A program made the position numbers and the translations under genes. From Massalongia carnosa (lineage: Eukaryota), in assembly GCA_965645245.1 (NCBI GenBank), contig OZ287071.1, positions 1,116,001-1,180,000 of the forward strand: DNA of 64,000 bases, in the 5' to 3' direction. Under the pieces are notes generated by a model, which was given only the letters and a program-made list of their open reading frames with translations, searched no databases and was not told the DNA's origin. Numbering within the stretch: the stretch's first letter is position 1; each line of letters opens with the position of its first letter. Of the stretch, positions 11,301 to 24,287 are shown one piece after another.

Positions 11301-12521
11301 CGTTCAAACAATGCTTCATAAACGTACGACGATCGCTCACCTGCAAGGGTCGAGTTTCCGAGACATGTCCCAAAACGTCGATTTTGCACTATAAAGTTAC
11401 TTGCTTTCTAGGGTCTCGACCCCGGCGAGGAAGGGGGGAAAAGGGGCATGTAGTAACACAACAAAGGGGGTGTAGCGATAGTGGTTCTCTAGTCTAATGA
11501 ATGAATGGAGGTGTTGTGTTTGCCTATTTGCCTATTTGGTCAAGCCTCAACTCCCCCCCCCCCTTGCAAAAAAACCAATAAAGAAAAAACAGCGGATGAA
11601 GAAAGGCTAAAGTTCAGTAATCCAAAGGGGGAGTTACTAGGTGATCTTCTGTTGGGGTTGTTTCTCTTCATGTCCCGTGGCTGGAAATGGAGCTTTGCTG
11701 AACAGAGATGGTGGATGGTTCAAGAGAATGAGAAGGAGAGAGAAGGGATTTTGGGGGGGGGGGGCGGTTAATCATTATTTAGGGAGATCTCTAATATCCC
11801 GAATAAAGTCCTTGTTACCACTCATTTCTTCTCATCCCAGTCCCCCCTCCTCTCCCCCCCCTTCTTTTTTTCCCGAACAAAATACCAGAACAGATTGGGG
11901 GGGGGAACATCTCCTAGCTACTTGGCTAATCTCAAGCCGAAAAAAAAAACAATGTAAAAAGAAGGCTAATACCTAGAATACAGAATATAGGATACAAAGG
12001 GATGGAGAGGTGTGGGCGGCCAGCTGGATGTGGCTGTTATAGAACAAGCACACCCAAGGACATAACCGCCGGAGATAGGACAAAAACGGGATATCGAAGA
12101 TACCTAGGTACCTAGGTAGATAACCCTGTGCACGAAAAACATGATGGATAACTCCCCTTGCTTCCTTGCTTCCTCACTTCCTTCCTGGCTGATGACATGA
12201 CATGGCTGAATATATCCATACACGTTTTCGCCGCTGAAGAAAGCACCAAGATCCAGATCTTAGCTGCATCCATCTCAGATTCCCTATCGCTATTGTGTCC
12301 GCCCCGCCCCCGTTCCCGCCAAAAAATCAAGACATATCGATCATCCATCCCGCCCAAGGTGCTCCCCGTTGCGCCGCCATGTCCGCTTTTAGCGGTATCG
12401 AGTATAGAAGGAAAATGCGTGTCTAGCTAGGGAAAGGTAACTTGCTCCGGAAAAATGGTGAATGGTTGAGAAGCAATACCCAATACTCCACTCGGCAAAA
12501 AGGTTCCCCTTGTTTCCAAAA

Positions 12522-15431
12522 TCACCACTCGCTCGGCACCCTAAAATCCGTAAAGCCATGAACTAGAGCGCGCCTGCGCCTCGCCGCCACCGCTGCAGCG
12601 TCGTTCGAATGCCCTTCGCTATTACCTCCAGAAACGCCCCCTGTGTTGTCGCCATCTGAGCCGATCAAGTCGCCTTCAAAAGAGGTTTCTATCTGCTGGG
12701 AGGCGTTACTTGCCACCCATTCTTCTGCTCGCTTGCGGCCAATGCTCAGATCATGTTTCACGTCGCGCTTCGATTCAAACTTCGACTCATGCTTCAGTTC
12801 GTGTTTCTTTGGTGGGATGATCTTCTCCTCGCTCTCGATGCGGGTGTATTTCTTCGGTGAAGTGATAGTATCCTCAATCTCGCCACGGGGATACTTCTTC
12901 GTAGCTACAATATGATCCTCACCGTCGCCTCGCTGGGACGTTTTTGTAGAAGTAAGCTTTGCTTCGCTCTCGCTACACGAACATGGCTTCGGAGAACCAA
13001 AATGTTCTTCGCTCTCGCCCCGCTCCCGCCCGTCGCCAAACTGCCCCCAAATAATAGGTTTATGCGCACCAGGGCGGGATTTGAGCACGGCAGGGTTCCA
13101 GGTGCTTGGAACAACCCAGCAGTGGCTTTGGATATGCTCGGCCTCCTCTTCAGGCCGGCTTCCCAACTCACCCCAAGGAACGACACCTTTCATTTGAGGC
13201 CCGAGATGGTACTGGACTCCTTCCTTGTAGCGTAAATTAGGGCTATCGACGGAGACTGTAGCAAGAACCTGAAGAATTCCGTAAATTAGCACCCAACGAC
13301 CACGGCGAGCTTCGAAAGGATCAAGCGTCTCAACCATGTCGCTCTGCTCGAAACGGATGAAGTTAGTGACGAGGTCAGTGTGCATGTAATGGTCGCGAAG
13401 ATTATAGACATTGCTCGCCTCGGCGTACGAGAGAGCTTTCCGACGCGATTTCCCAAGAATCTCCGAAGGTGACGTTGGCTTTTTGAGAGTGAAGGAGGAT
13501 TTTGGTTTGGACTGTATAGGGACTGATGTAGGCGTGATGGGATACGGATAGGGGATATGAGGGAAGCCGTTGCGGTCATCGAAGCCAACCAAGATGTCCG
13601 TAAGAGGAAGTTCGGAAGTATCGGCGCGGAATGGCTGGCCGGATTTGCTGATGATGGCCCATTTCTGCTCCGGACGATATTCTGATCCGTCGAACAACAC
13701 CTCACGATCCACGAGGTAGTCGTACAACCCATAAAAATCATTCCTCAACCGTAGCACCATGTCGCGGGTCAACCAGGTTAGCTCGTTGGTAGGTGGCCAG
13801 CGCAGGAAAGCGTTCTCATAGTACTTGCAGAGCCACTTCCTCAATCGATCGAAGCAGCCACGCGCGCTGGAGGGAGGTGCGCTGGTGACTGGCCACATTT
13901 CCGTTAAGTCGAATGACAGAAGCCACACTTGTGCTCGATGAAATCGCTCCTCCATTTCCATACTCGCGTTTTGCAGGAACATCTTCGTATGTGGAGTAAT
14001 GTAATGCCATTCGGGAATTGTCTGCAAACCCATCTCCAGCATCCCAACGCAGTGTACAAAAGCTTCAATATACCCTTCTCTCCATTGTACACCAGGGAGC
14101 TCGCTGAAAGCAAGCAAAGACGCTGCGTACGACGGGTTATTCCGAACATCGTCAAACTTATGACGTACAACGTAATCGGTAAGCCAGGCTACCCGGCTGA
14201 TGTTTCGGTCTAGATAATCTGGGTATTGCGAGATACGATGGAAAAGTATGGACATTGCTTCAAACAGGGTGGTCCCGACGAGAGCGCTCGCATCGTACAT
14301 GATGGCGAAAAAGTTGCGTGTCGTGATGTGCCAAATGGTGGAATGAATCCCAGTTGCAGATCCGGGCCATGGCACGTAGATCTCGTGCTGGATACCACTT
14401 GGTGCTCTTGGCCGACATTTCCGAGGATGATTAAGTGAACGGAGAGAGTCAGCGCCAGGATCAGAACGAGGCATGGAAAGTGAAAGATCGTTACGGAATT
14501 TCTCAAAGGGTTCTGGATGATCCTCGGGCGATATGCTCCTTAGAGAATGTTGCTCACTGGGATGGAACCGTGGCCACCCTTCCGGTTCGGCCGTATTGAA
14601 CAACTTGTCAACGAAGATCTTAGACCCGGATTGCTCGATGACCCGAGAGTTGATGCGGAACGAGGGAGGTGGTTTTGTTCGGGACCCATGCATGTACATA
14701 TATACAAAAGTATCGCCATTCTCATCCCACAGCTCAGGGTTCTGTAGCGTATTAGATCATACCTCTTACCAAACATCAATGGTTAACCTTACATTTGACA
14801 GAGACTTCCACCCGAGTTGTGGCAATTTCCCCCCACCCTCAAATCTTCGAATCTTGTGAATGACAGCTTCCTTTTGCTGCTTTGCTTTCATAGCATGCGT
14901 TGGAGGAGTGCAAGCGGGCAGGAACGGTGCGGGAATCTCGGGGGAGGTGCTTGGGGATAAGGAGGGAACGGCATCGATGGATGGAGTGAAGTCGGTGCTA
15001 CGGGACTCGGAGTCGGAGCCTCCATGGGCTGTCGCAGGTCTCTTTCGATTCACGAAGGAATGGTCTTCTCCGCCTTTGAGAAGTCTACCCAGCTTCCCCC
15101 GCAGACTCGAGCTCATGCCATCAAAATGGGTCCGGAAATCGCTTTTTTCGATGGCTGACGCCACGATGATGGGGCGAGGCTTTCGCATGGGTGGAGGAGG
15201 ATAGCCATAGGTGCTGCTGGTTGATGAAACCGACTGACGGCGGCGGGTTGGACGTGGCGAGGAGACATAGGAGGGATTGGTCGAGATGGTCGGCTTCGAC
15301 ATGGATACCGGTCCACCGGCGTAGCTGTAGAAAAAGTGATCGTCATCGCTGTATTCTGGGTGTATCTTCTGGGTACTCCGGTCTGCCCGTTGGGTGTTTT
15401 TGGCACGCACGTAGGCGCTTCTCCCCGACAT
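12522..15431 (-). CDS. Conserved fungal hypothetical protein, about 950 aa (DUF8004-like); intron 14742..14792
   Basis: Two long ORFs joined by a GTAAGG...CTAAT...CAG intron. Motifs ELWDENGDTFVY, WHITTRNFFA, WREGYIEAFVHCVGM and EARRGRWVLIYGILQVL. Confidence 0.8.
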
Positions 15432-15913
15432 GATGATGGTTCAACGCGAGTAATGAGAACGAAAAGAGTTACTCCAGACAATTACGAGGATTGGGAAAAC
15501 AACATGGACGAGCAATGAAGATTTTACCCAACCTTGTGATATTGGTAAATTTTAAGAGCGACAGCGGGGTGGAGATGACGCAAAAATGGCCGTGAAGAAA
15601 GAGCAGAAGCAAGATGGTTATGGTTGGAAAATACGTCAACGACTCCCTTCGGCTGAAATGAATGAATATATGCTGATGAAGGATAGCAACAGCACACGAG
15701 CAAGCAAAGCTAAAACGGGAACTTCACTTCTTAATTGAGTCCAGGCGTTGTTGAAGCACGCTGATGGTGGAACGAGCAGACGAGTTTGACGATGCTACTG
15801 GAATTGGTATTGGTGGCTTGCGCAGTGTCTGACCATGGGTCGCGAAAAGGTTCAGCAAAAGGAAGAAGGAGAGCAAGGGAAGAGAGTGTGAATTAATTCA
15901 GCTTCGAGTTCGA

Positions 15914-15945
15914 CACACCCACACCCATACCCACACCCACACCCA
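15914..15945 (+). repeat. (CACACC)n microsatellite, about 5 units, imperfect
   Basis: cacacccacacccatacccacacccacaccc read directly. Confidence 0.8.
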
Positions 15946-18911
15946 CAACACACACGGCACGATGATAGAGTTGTGGCAGCAGTAGCATGATGTAGGGAGA
16001 CAAACGGGCATGATCGCCTGCACACACCAAGTGTCCATGCTTTTCCATTCTTGCTCTGAGACCTATTGAACTACTCTGTACTAGACTATCACTATCAATC
16101 CATCAGCCGACATGCGGAAGAAACACGGAGGCTATCGAAAAGCCGCGTGAAAACCTCAGACAAGTTTAGGCGTGAAGTGCAAAAGATGGTGGATGTGAGA
16201 GTCCTTGCATCGCGCCACCATTTTCACCAAAAGCTTCCCATCAACGAGCTCACACTCTTGTTCGGTAAGCCGACACTGCGACTGGGGTTGTCGGGATAAA
16301 TGGTGCTGGATTGGATGTGGTGCACGTTGATGCAAGGGTTGGGGGAAAGCAAACGCAAGAGGCTTGGGGAAAAGGGGTTTGGTGCCTAGGGGGGATGGAG
16401 GATGATCCCGTTAGGCTCGTTGGCCATTGAGTCTGGATGTACCGAACGAATCGAATGAATCGAACGAAACTCGTGATGAACAAAAATGAACAGATCCATA
16501 GGGGAGTTCAACGTCCTTCCTAATTCCGCCAAATCTCCATCTCCAACCCATCCACCACACGCGACAAACCGTCAACGGCCTTCCCCACGAAGCGCTCCAA
16601 CGCGATCTGAGCGGATCGGGCGTGTGGTTTCAGCTTCAACGAATATGCTTCGAGAACCCTCGGATTCTTGCTCTTCGAGCCTTCTCACGCTGTAACTCTT
16701 TTCTGGCCTTTCATGGACCCAACGGATTAATCATCGCCAATATGGTTTCTGCGTCGAGTCATGGAGTTTGATATGCCCAGGGCCACGCCAATCGCCACGA
16801 GAAGCGGAGGCTAAGTCGCAGACCTGGTGAAATGACTGGAAATTGGGAAGTTCATCATTCCCTCGTCATTCCCTCATCGCCTCCACGCCAGTCAACATCG
16901 TCATATGCCACTCTCGCATGGAAACATAGGCAAGATTGTGCGCGATTCATCATCAGCGGAAAGCCTAGTTAATTACCGTGAGGCCTGGAGGCAGGGATCC
17001 TCGTCTCGCCTGGTTGCCCGCGCACCCTTTAAGCACTCTAATCCCGATCCAGCCAAGGTCCTACCCAGGCAAAGGCGAAAGGCGAGATGGGACAGAAACG
17101 TCAAACGAAAGGCGAGATGGTGTTTGAAGGTAAAAGAAGGTCCATGCAGAAGCGCTACTGATCTTGACATCGAATCTACGTGGTTACGTGGTTACTAATG
17201 AACTAAGGTAGGTACGTAGTTACCAAGTACCGCGATACAGAGTACCTCTGTACATACCGTGTACATACCCCAGGACGTTGCAGCGAATCGCAAGAGTCGA
17301 AGGTCCTGCCTGGTATTTCGTCATAAGCGGGTTTTAACGGCATGTTCAGGATGAATAAACATATGCAAGAAATCTTGGACCCATTGCAAGGACTGCTCCT
17401 GGCTTCCTCGCCTTGGTCGCGCAGCACCCTTTTCATGTGCAACTGCATGACTTGACTTCACCACTTATTTTGGTCTGCAGGATTCATGTCTGACATATGT
17501 GCGTGTCCACTGTACCTGGAGCATATGTAAATGTATCGGAGACTTCTGCGTGCGCTGAACCGCACCACCCGCATCACCCACGCCAACCCACAATCTAGAA
17601 GCCTTCCAATAATTTGGTGTTGACGACCTCATCCATACACGACCTCCCGGTGACTGGCCTTGGAAAAGATGGCCAGGAAAGATCAACGCGCCCAGGATGT
17701 CCGACTGGTCAATCAACTGCTGAGGGTTCATGATTGGGGTGGTGCAGAGGGTATTTATAATAGCTTCGGTGTCGGTCGCTCATGGCTCAAGCGCTGGAGG
17801 ACGGGAAGGAAGCGAAACGATCTACCTAAAAAGTCAAGCTCGCCACTCCGCCTTCAGCCTTCCGCCTAAAGTCGGCACGGCAAATACGTCTAGAATGTTC
17901 GGGGCACAGGATTTTAAGCTCATCCTCCCATCCCGTGTCTGATGCGCAAATACGGATAGGGATTTACGTCAGGACGCCTCATCTTGATACCTGAACAGAA
18001 AAGTAGTAATCGCACTGTGGTTCAAAGTTTCTTCACAATCGTTGCGTGCCGCTCTGATTGCCTCCATCCAACGCGCCCGGTCTTGAGTGTAGAGCGAATA
18101 TTATATAGATCTACCGTCTCTACCAACGCTTTTGGGAACTACTCAGTATCTTCTTCGAAACCCAGATCGTCAATCTGAAACCATATATGCTTTTTCTACT
18201 CTAATGCGCCAGCTGCAGCAAGGTCATTAAGCCAGACTAGACGCGTCTGCAGATACCACCGTTCCATCTGATTGGCAATGATATCAATGTCGCGATCGTC
18301 GCGTTATCTTTGCTCTAATGTATATCGTATGGGTGATAGAGCGTAGCGGAAGTCCCCGAAGCCGTTCACATTGCGTTAATGTAACAACAAAATTGTAAGC
18401 ATTCAGCTAGTCCAGCATCCTGTCCGTGTAACCACGGTGATCAACAACAGTCCGTGAAAGCAAGGCGAAGATGGTGCATTGGTTAAAAATAAAACAAAAA
18501 TGTCAACACTTGTGAACCCGAGCTAATGTTCCAACACTTTGGGTAAGCTCAGAAAACTTGGACGAAGTCGATCTTGAAGCTGAAGAACCTCAACGTTTCC
18601 GTGTACTCTGTAGCCAGTCTTAAACGGACTGCGAAGCCAGACAACCTTCGACCATTCCAGAAAGTATACGCGTGTTGCCTAAAACTCTAAAATCGGTAGC
18701 GTTGTATTATAAGCAAGACCCTGGAGGCTAAGCTGGGGAACTTTGGTGCAAGGAGTTCGGAGTTTGATTGTCCTCATTCTGAAGCTATACTATGCAGGCT
18801 GATGGTTAGCTCACGGACAAGACAGGGTTCGGTTGAAACAGAGTTCTCACTTCGAACGATAGTTATATCTTTAAATCGTGATGAAAGGTAAACCGGGCTC
18901 CATCGTTACGG

Positions 18912-20790
18912 CTATCTCGCTTTGAACGAAGTCCACAGCCTTTTCAGTTCTTTGAGAGCGCTCATGACTAAGGGAACTCCAACAGGGCCGAGCAAAGGCA
19001 AGTAGACGGCCACTTTGTGTTCATCCGGAAAATAAACTTGGCCCACCATGCTTTTCTCAAAAAATCCTTTCTCTGCTTCGGCTTCGGCAATCCTAGCATT
19101 ACCGAGGGCATCACTGAATCTCCCGTCCTTCAAAGCATTGCAAGTTTTTCGAAGTTGGAAAAGGGTTGTGTCAACAGCGGTCGAGACGCTTTCAGGAATT
19201 GCGATGGAGGGAAGAGCCACGGTGAGTCGAGCCAATGAGCCCATAGTTGATGAAGCTGAAAATAGCAAAGACGCCGCACGAAGCCTGGTGAGGGTCTGCA
19301 ATTGTAAGGGAAGCGAAGGTGGTGATAGAGGTGCGCCAAGAAATGATAGCAGTTGATGAGAGAATGTAAGCAGAGCGGGCTGAAGGGCTTCCTTAGGAAG
19401 CGCAGGATATGCTATTGATGCGTGTGAGGCTACGAGCGGAGAGTTCAAGATAAACACCCCCCCCCATTGTGGGATTAACCAGCTTGAGGCTTGACTGTCT
19501 TTGACTACTAACGGTACATTCGCTTCATCGGGAACGTAGATGACAAAATTCAAAGTCGGACCAGCACCAATACTTGGACTCAAAGGCCACTCCGCAGCAT
19601 TGATGAAGCCGCTGAGATCTTCCTCCCGTAATGTCCAGATTCCGAAGTCTGAATTGTATTCAGGCTTTTGCATAGTGGGAGAAAACGTGGCGTAGAGCTG
19701 GACCTGCGTATCAACAGTGAAATTACTAATAGCAGAAAGAGATTCCAGTAGGGGCGTCAAATATTCAGCAAGAGCAGACTCGATGTCCCAGGTAGATGGG
19801 AATGCAGTAGGTGTGAAAAGAGACACTGTCAAGTGATATGTCGGCGCATATTTTAGTGACTTTGCCATGCGACTGGCAAGTTGGGTTGCAAGCTCTGTGG
19901 GAGGAGTCCTGATTGATCCTGCTCTATACTCTCGGGAATTAGAGGTTGTGATTTGAGAACTCTGGGTTGACTGTCCTTGTCCTACAGACGAATGGTGATT
20001 GTTCGTTGGTGAGTTATTCGAGGACAGAATATATGCAATTGTAGCTTGCTCCTCTGTAAAAAGATCTTGAAGCTTTGCTGCAATAAAATTGGCTAATGCT
20101 GAAGAGCTAGTTGAAGTCGATGGCACTTGGCCTTGGCCGTAGTATACGTCTAACGTCGTGGAGTGTACCTGTAATTCTGCTCTTAAGCCCGTAGGGCTTT
20201 CATGGTTAAGAAGTCTGACGGTCAGCGCAACCTCTCGTTCAAGACTGATGATTTCATCTCCATTTATATCAGTTAGATCCTCATCCTGTTTGGCTGATGT
20301 ATGGAGCTTGGTAAGGTTCAGGGGTTGTTGCGCCTTCGCCAGCCGTAAGCGTAGGTGATGAGCGGAAAACTCATTTAGGTCGTCAAGGGCATGCTGTGTG
20401 ATGCGCACAAGATGCTCCGCTTCGCTTTCCTGTAATGATGACGCGTCGACAACTATCTGAAGCGGAAACGCAGGTTTGCAGGCCTAGAGAATTGTGGTCA
20501 TTAACAAAGGTATTATACAAAGCTCTTGAAGTTGCCAGACATACTTTCCCGTCCGCCCACTCCAGCATTTCCCGTAGCGGTAGGCGCGCCCTATGTATGG
20601 AAGTTGTCCAGTACCATATTGGGAGTCCTAGAAATATGATCACTGCCCAGAATGAGGCAATGACAAGACTGCGAATGCGAATGCTATCGTACGATTCCGG
20701 AGGCGGTTGCTTTTTCAAATTCGCCACCAGTTTTGCAGAAGATAGTGTAGCAGACGCAGAACTGCTGGGTCTGAACGGCTCTTCCTCCAT
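18912..20790 (-). CDS. GPI17: GPI transamidase subunit PIG-S; intron 20484..20544
   Basis: N-terminal TM FWAVIIFLGLPIWYWTTSIHRARLP, LSGFINAAEWPL, SWLIPQWGGV, and C-terminal FFEKSMVGQVYFPDEHKVAVYLPLLGP. Confidence 0.95.
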
Positions 20791-21965
20791 TGGTAGCACA
20801 GAAGCATAAGATATATGAATTCGACCCAGCGCCCCCATAAGGGAATATTCAGGGTCCGCTTCCGTTGAATCTTTGTACCAAACCGCTTTCGGAGCAGATC
20901 TTGCTATTACACCCGTCGTGCTCCTTTCCACAAAAGAATTCAGCGAAACCTCGAGAGCGCAATTACCTAAAACATTCAAATTATCAGGGACATTATGTGA
21001 CTAATTTTTTCAGTTTCTGAGTTATCACGGTTAAAATTTGCTACGTGTTCATTAAATTTCGTTTGAACCGTTCAGACTTCGTGGTTTATGGTCTGAGAAA
21101 CTTCGTTCACCTCCTTCCACTCCTCGCTCGTTATTCCCTTCGACCACCTCTATCTCTCATCTATCTTTTTGATATTATTATGACGAAATTTAAGGGCAAA
21201 GAACGAAATATTTGTGTATGAAAAAAGAAAAAAGAAATTATACAGAAACTAAAGAAGAGAGAAACGAAGGATTTGCGTTGAGCGTTACGGCTAAAGGTGA
21301 AAAACTCGATTGATGAACTATGGAAGTTCCGACGCCCTCCCCACCTAGGGAAGAGGATGTAACAATAGCAGGACCTTTCAAAATATGGCTCAACACGGGC
21401 TATAAAAAGTTGTTCTGTGTATACTATACATATAGAATACTGAACCAACTGGCAAACAAGATCCTGGTCATTTAGAGAAGTGGTCAACACGAGTATCAGT
21501 TCTGAACTGGTTTTTAAAGGCAGGAAGGTCTTATGTTCTAGGATCATTTTATGTACATTTTGTATGGGAGACAGGGGTACCGAGTGTTTCCAGCCAAATA
21601 AACCACCATACTACTAATTCGCGACTCATGTATGTCATGACTAGGGATCATTGGGCCACCTCGGAGCCGCCCCTCTGTGCCTTCCACTACAAGCCGCCTG
21701 CATCGGATGATTATACTCATGCTGTTTGCCGTTATCTCTATGTAATAGCTATGACTTCTAGGCGTACAATAGGGATGCAAGCTTGGGCTTGGCGATTTGC
21801 AATATATAATCAGCTATCTACCCAAATTACGTAGCTATGTCGAGATTCTATTTTTTTTGGAAGAGGGATTTATTTTCTTAATCTAAAGATTTGAGCCTAA
21901 ACAAACTACCTTGGAGCCTACGTTCATATACCATAGCGTTTCAGATTCATCATCTCTATCTAGAA

Positions 21966-24123
21966 ATGATGAGAATCCAGTTCTTCCTTTTCCTTGTCGT
22001 CTCGTTTTGGCCTCATTTCTTTGTTATTGCTCAGAACTCATCAGCATGCACACCACTTGTTGGCAAGCCAAAATTCCTCGATATATCTGTCAGGTCAGTA
22101 ATTCAGCCTCAACAAGGTGATCACAACTCGAGCAGTTTCAACAGTTGATGAAAATCACTGCAGGGGCTCCTTCAAGCCACCACAGAGCATCTTGCTATTG
22201 GTCTCAAAATGGGGTTTTTTCCAGCGTAGATCTTGTCAAGGTAAATCCCCCAGGACACTAGTTCACATACCAGTAAAAAGGGGCCATTAATAAAACTCGA
22301 CAGGCATACACGGCGAGAATTTAAGAAGTTAATGCAATTCTTCATGTCGTTACAGAAATCAATCCGGATGTCTTGAGCGTCGCTGCCGTATTGGATGCTG
22401 AGAGAAAATTTGGTATATCGCGAGGGTTTGCCCCCTGTGTATAAATATATAAACTGATTGTTCATTGATACATCTAGGCCATTACATGGTATACCTCTTA
22501 TAATCAAGCTATCTAAAATACTAAGATAAAAGTGGCACACAGCATATATCACTGATAGGAGCTTTTTTAGAACAATATCGCAACCAAGGACAAGATGAAT
22601 AATACAGCTACACTTTGCATGAAACTGGGAAAGGCCCATAGATAACGGCTAAATATAATAGCTGGATCATTTGCCCTTTTGGGAGCATCGGTCCCTCGAG
22701 ACTCTGGTATAGCCGCTAAACTGAGGGCCGCTGGCGTTGTAATCTTGGGCAAGTCAAACCTAAGCCAGTGGGCGAATTTCAGATCAAAGAATAGCACAAA
22801 TGGCTGGAGTGCATATGGTGGCCAAACTTAGGGAGCTTATTATTCTCTGCAAGATCCGAGTGGTAGCTCTAGCGGGAGTGCTGTTGCTTCATCCATTGGA
22901 CTTGCTGTAGCTTCTCTGGGCACTGCGGTAGACCTCCAAGAGCTTTATGCCCGTCTATTTGTGAAAAGCTAGCTGACAGCCGTAGACAAGCGGTAGTATC
23001 CTGAGTCCGGCGGAGAACAACAATGTGGTTGGTATCAAGCCAACCGTAGGGCCCACCTCGCGAGCTCTAGTAATTCCTATCAGCCAGCGTCAAGATACGG
23101 TAGGTCCTATTGCTGGCACTGTCAAAGATGCGGCATACGTCCTGCAAGCCATTGCGGGGAAAGACAGCAATGACAATTATACCTCTGCCATTCCGTGGGA
23201 TACGCTTCCCGATTACGTTGCGGCCTGCAACCTTTCCAGCCTGAAAGGCAAACGTATAGGTATCCCTCGGAATCTAATCACCCAAGTCAAAGGGTTCGAG
23301 CCTATTCTGTCGGCCTTCGAAGCCGCTATTGAAGTTATCAAAAGGGCCGGCGCTACCGTTGTGGATAACACCAACATAACGGCATACGCTCTCGATCAAT
23401 ACCTTTCCGGGAGCTCTTCGATCATCGTTCTTGACGCCGATTTCGTCTCCGACTTGCCAAACTACCTCTCCAAGCTAACGTCGAACCCTCAAAATGTGCA
23501 CAACCTAGCTGACATCAGCTATTTCACCCATCGCTTCCCTGCCGAGGACTACCCGGATCATGACACGGCGATTTGGGATGAGGCGCTGGCTCTCGGCTTC
23601 AACAACACGTCTCCCCAATTCTGGGCTGCGTACCAAACCAACCTGGAGATTTCGGGTCCCCAGGGGATCCTTGGGCTTCTTTCAAACTTCAGTCTCGACG
23701 CATTGATTCTCCCAACGGCCTTCGCGCTAGGATTGCTGGCGCTGGGTGGTCTTCCCGCAGTGACTGTGCCGTTGGGTTTTTACCTGGCCAACACCACCGT
23801 TCTCAAGAACGAACGAGGCTTGGCGGAGGTGTACCCAAATCTCCCGTACGTGCTTGCATGTTCCGTGCTTTTTTCTCTTGACGAAATTGTATTTGGCGCA
23901 GTAAGACGGCCGTGTACGCGATAAGAGGCTGACCAGCTACCTCCTTAATAATAGGTTCGGGCTCAGTTTTCTCGGCAAGGCGTGGAGTGAAGCCAGTCTG
24001 ATCGGGTTTGCGTACGCGTTTGAGCAGAGGACCAGGATCCGCGAGAAGCGCAAACCGCTCGTCGTGCCGGAAACCCAGCTTAGCGATATCCTTAAAGCCC
24101 AAAACTCGACGTGTGGGGATTGA
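21966..24123 (+). pseudogene. Secreted amidase-signature (GatA-like) family pseudogene
   Basis: Motifs GPLHGIPLIIK, ILGKSNLSQWANFRS, DPSGSSSGS, VVGIKPTVG and QDTVGPIA. Lesions: frameshift in a T run near 22215, in-frame TAA 22322 and TAG 22829, and two intron donors reading CT (22509, 22608). Confidence 0.85.
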
Positions 24124-24287
24124 ATATCTGCTAGAGGTCAGCGATTTTATAACGAGTAGGGTGGTAAAGGAGAGTTTGAGTGGCGAATACACCACCATAC
24201 CGTCTTCGATAGAGAAACACCGTTGCCCATAGTTAATGTAAATCCCCCACATAACCGGGGACTACCTAATCATTTCATGTACAACCA

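Noticed and set aside
11420..11910. G/C homopolymer runs with G-quadruplex potential
   Set aside because: Low-complexity intergenic DNA with irregular spacing and no evidence of a discrete element.
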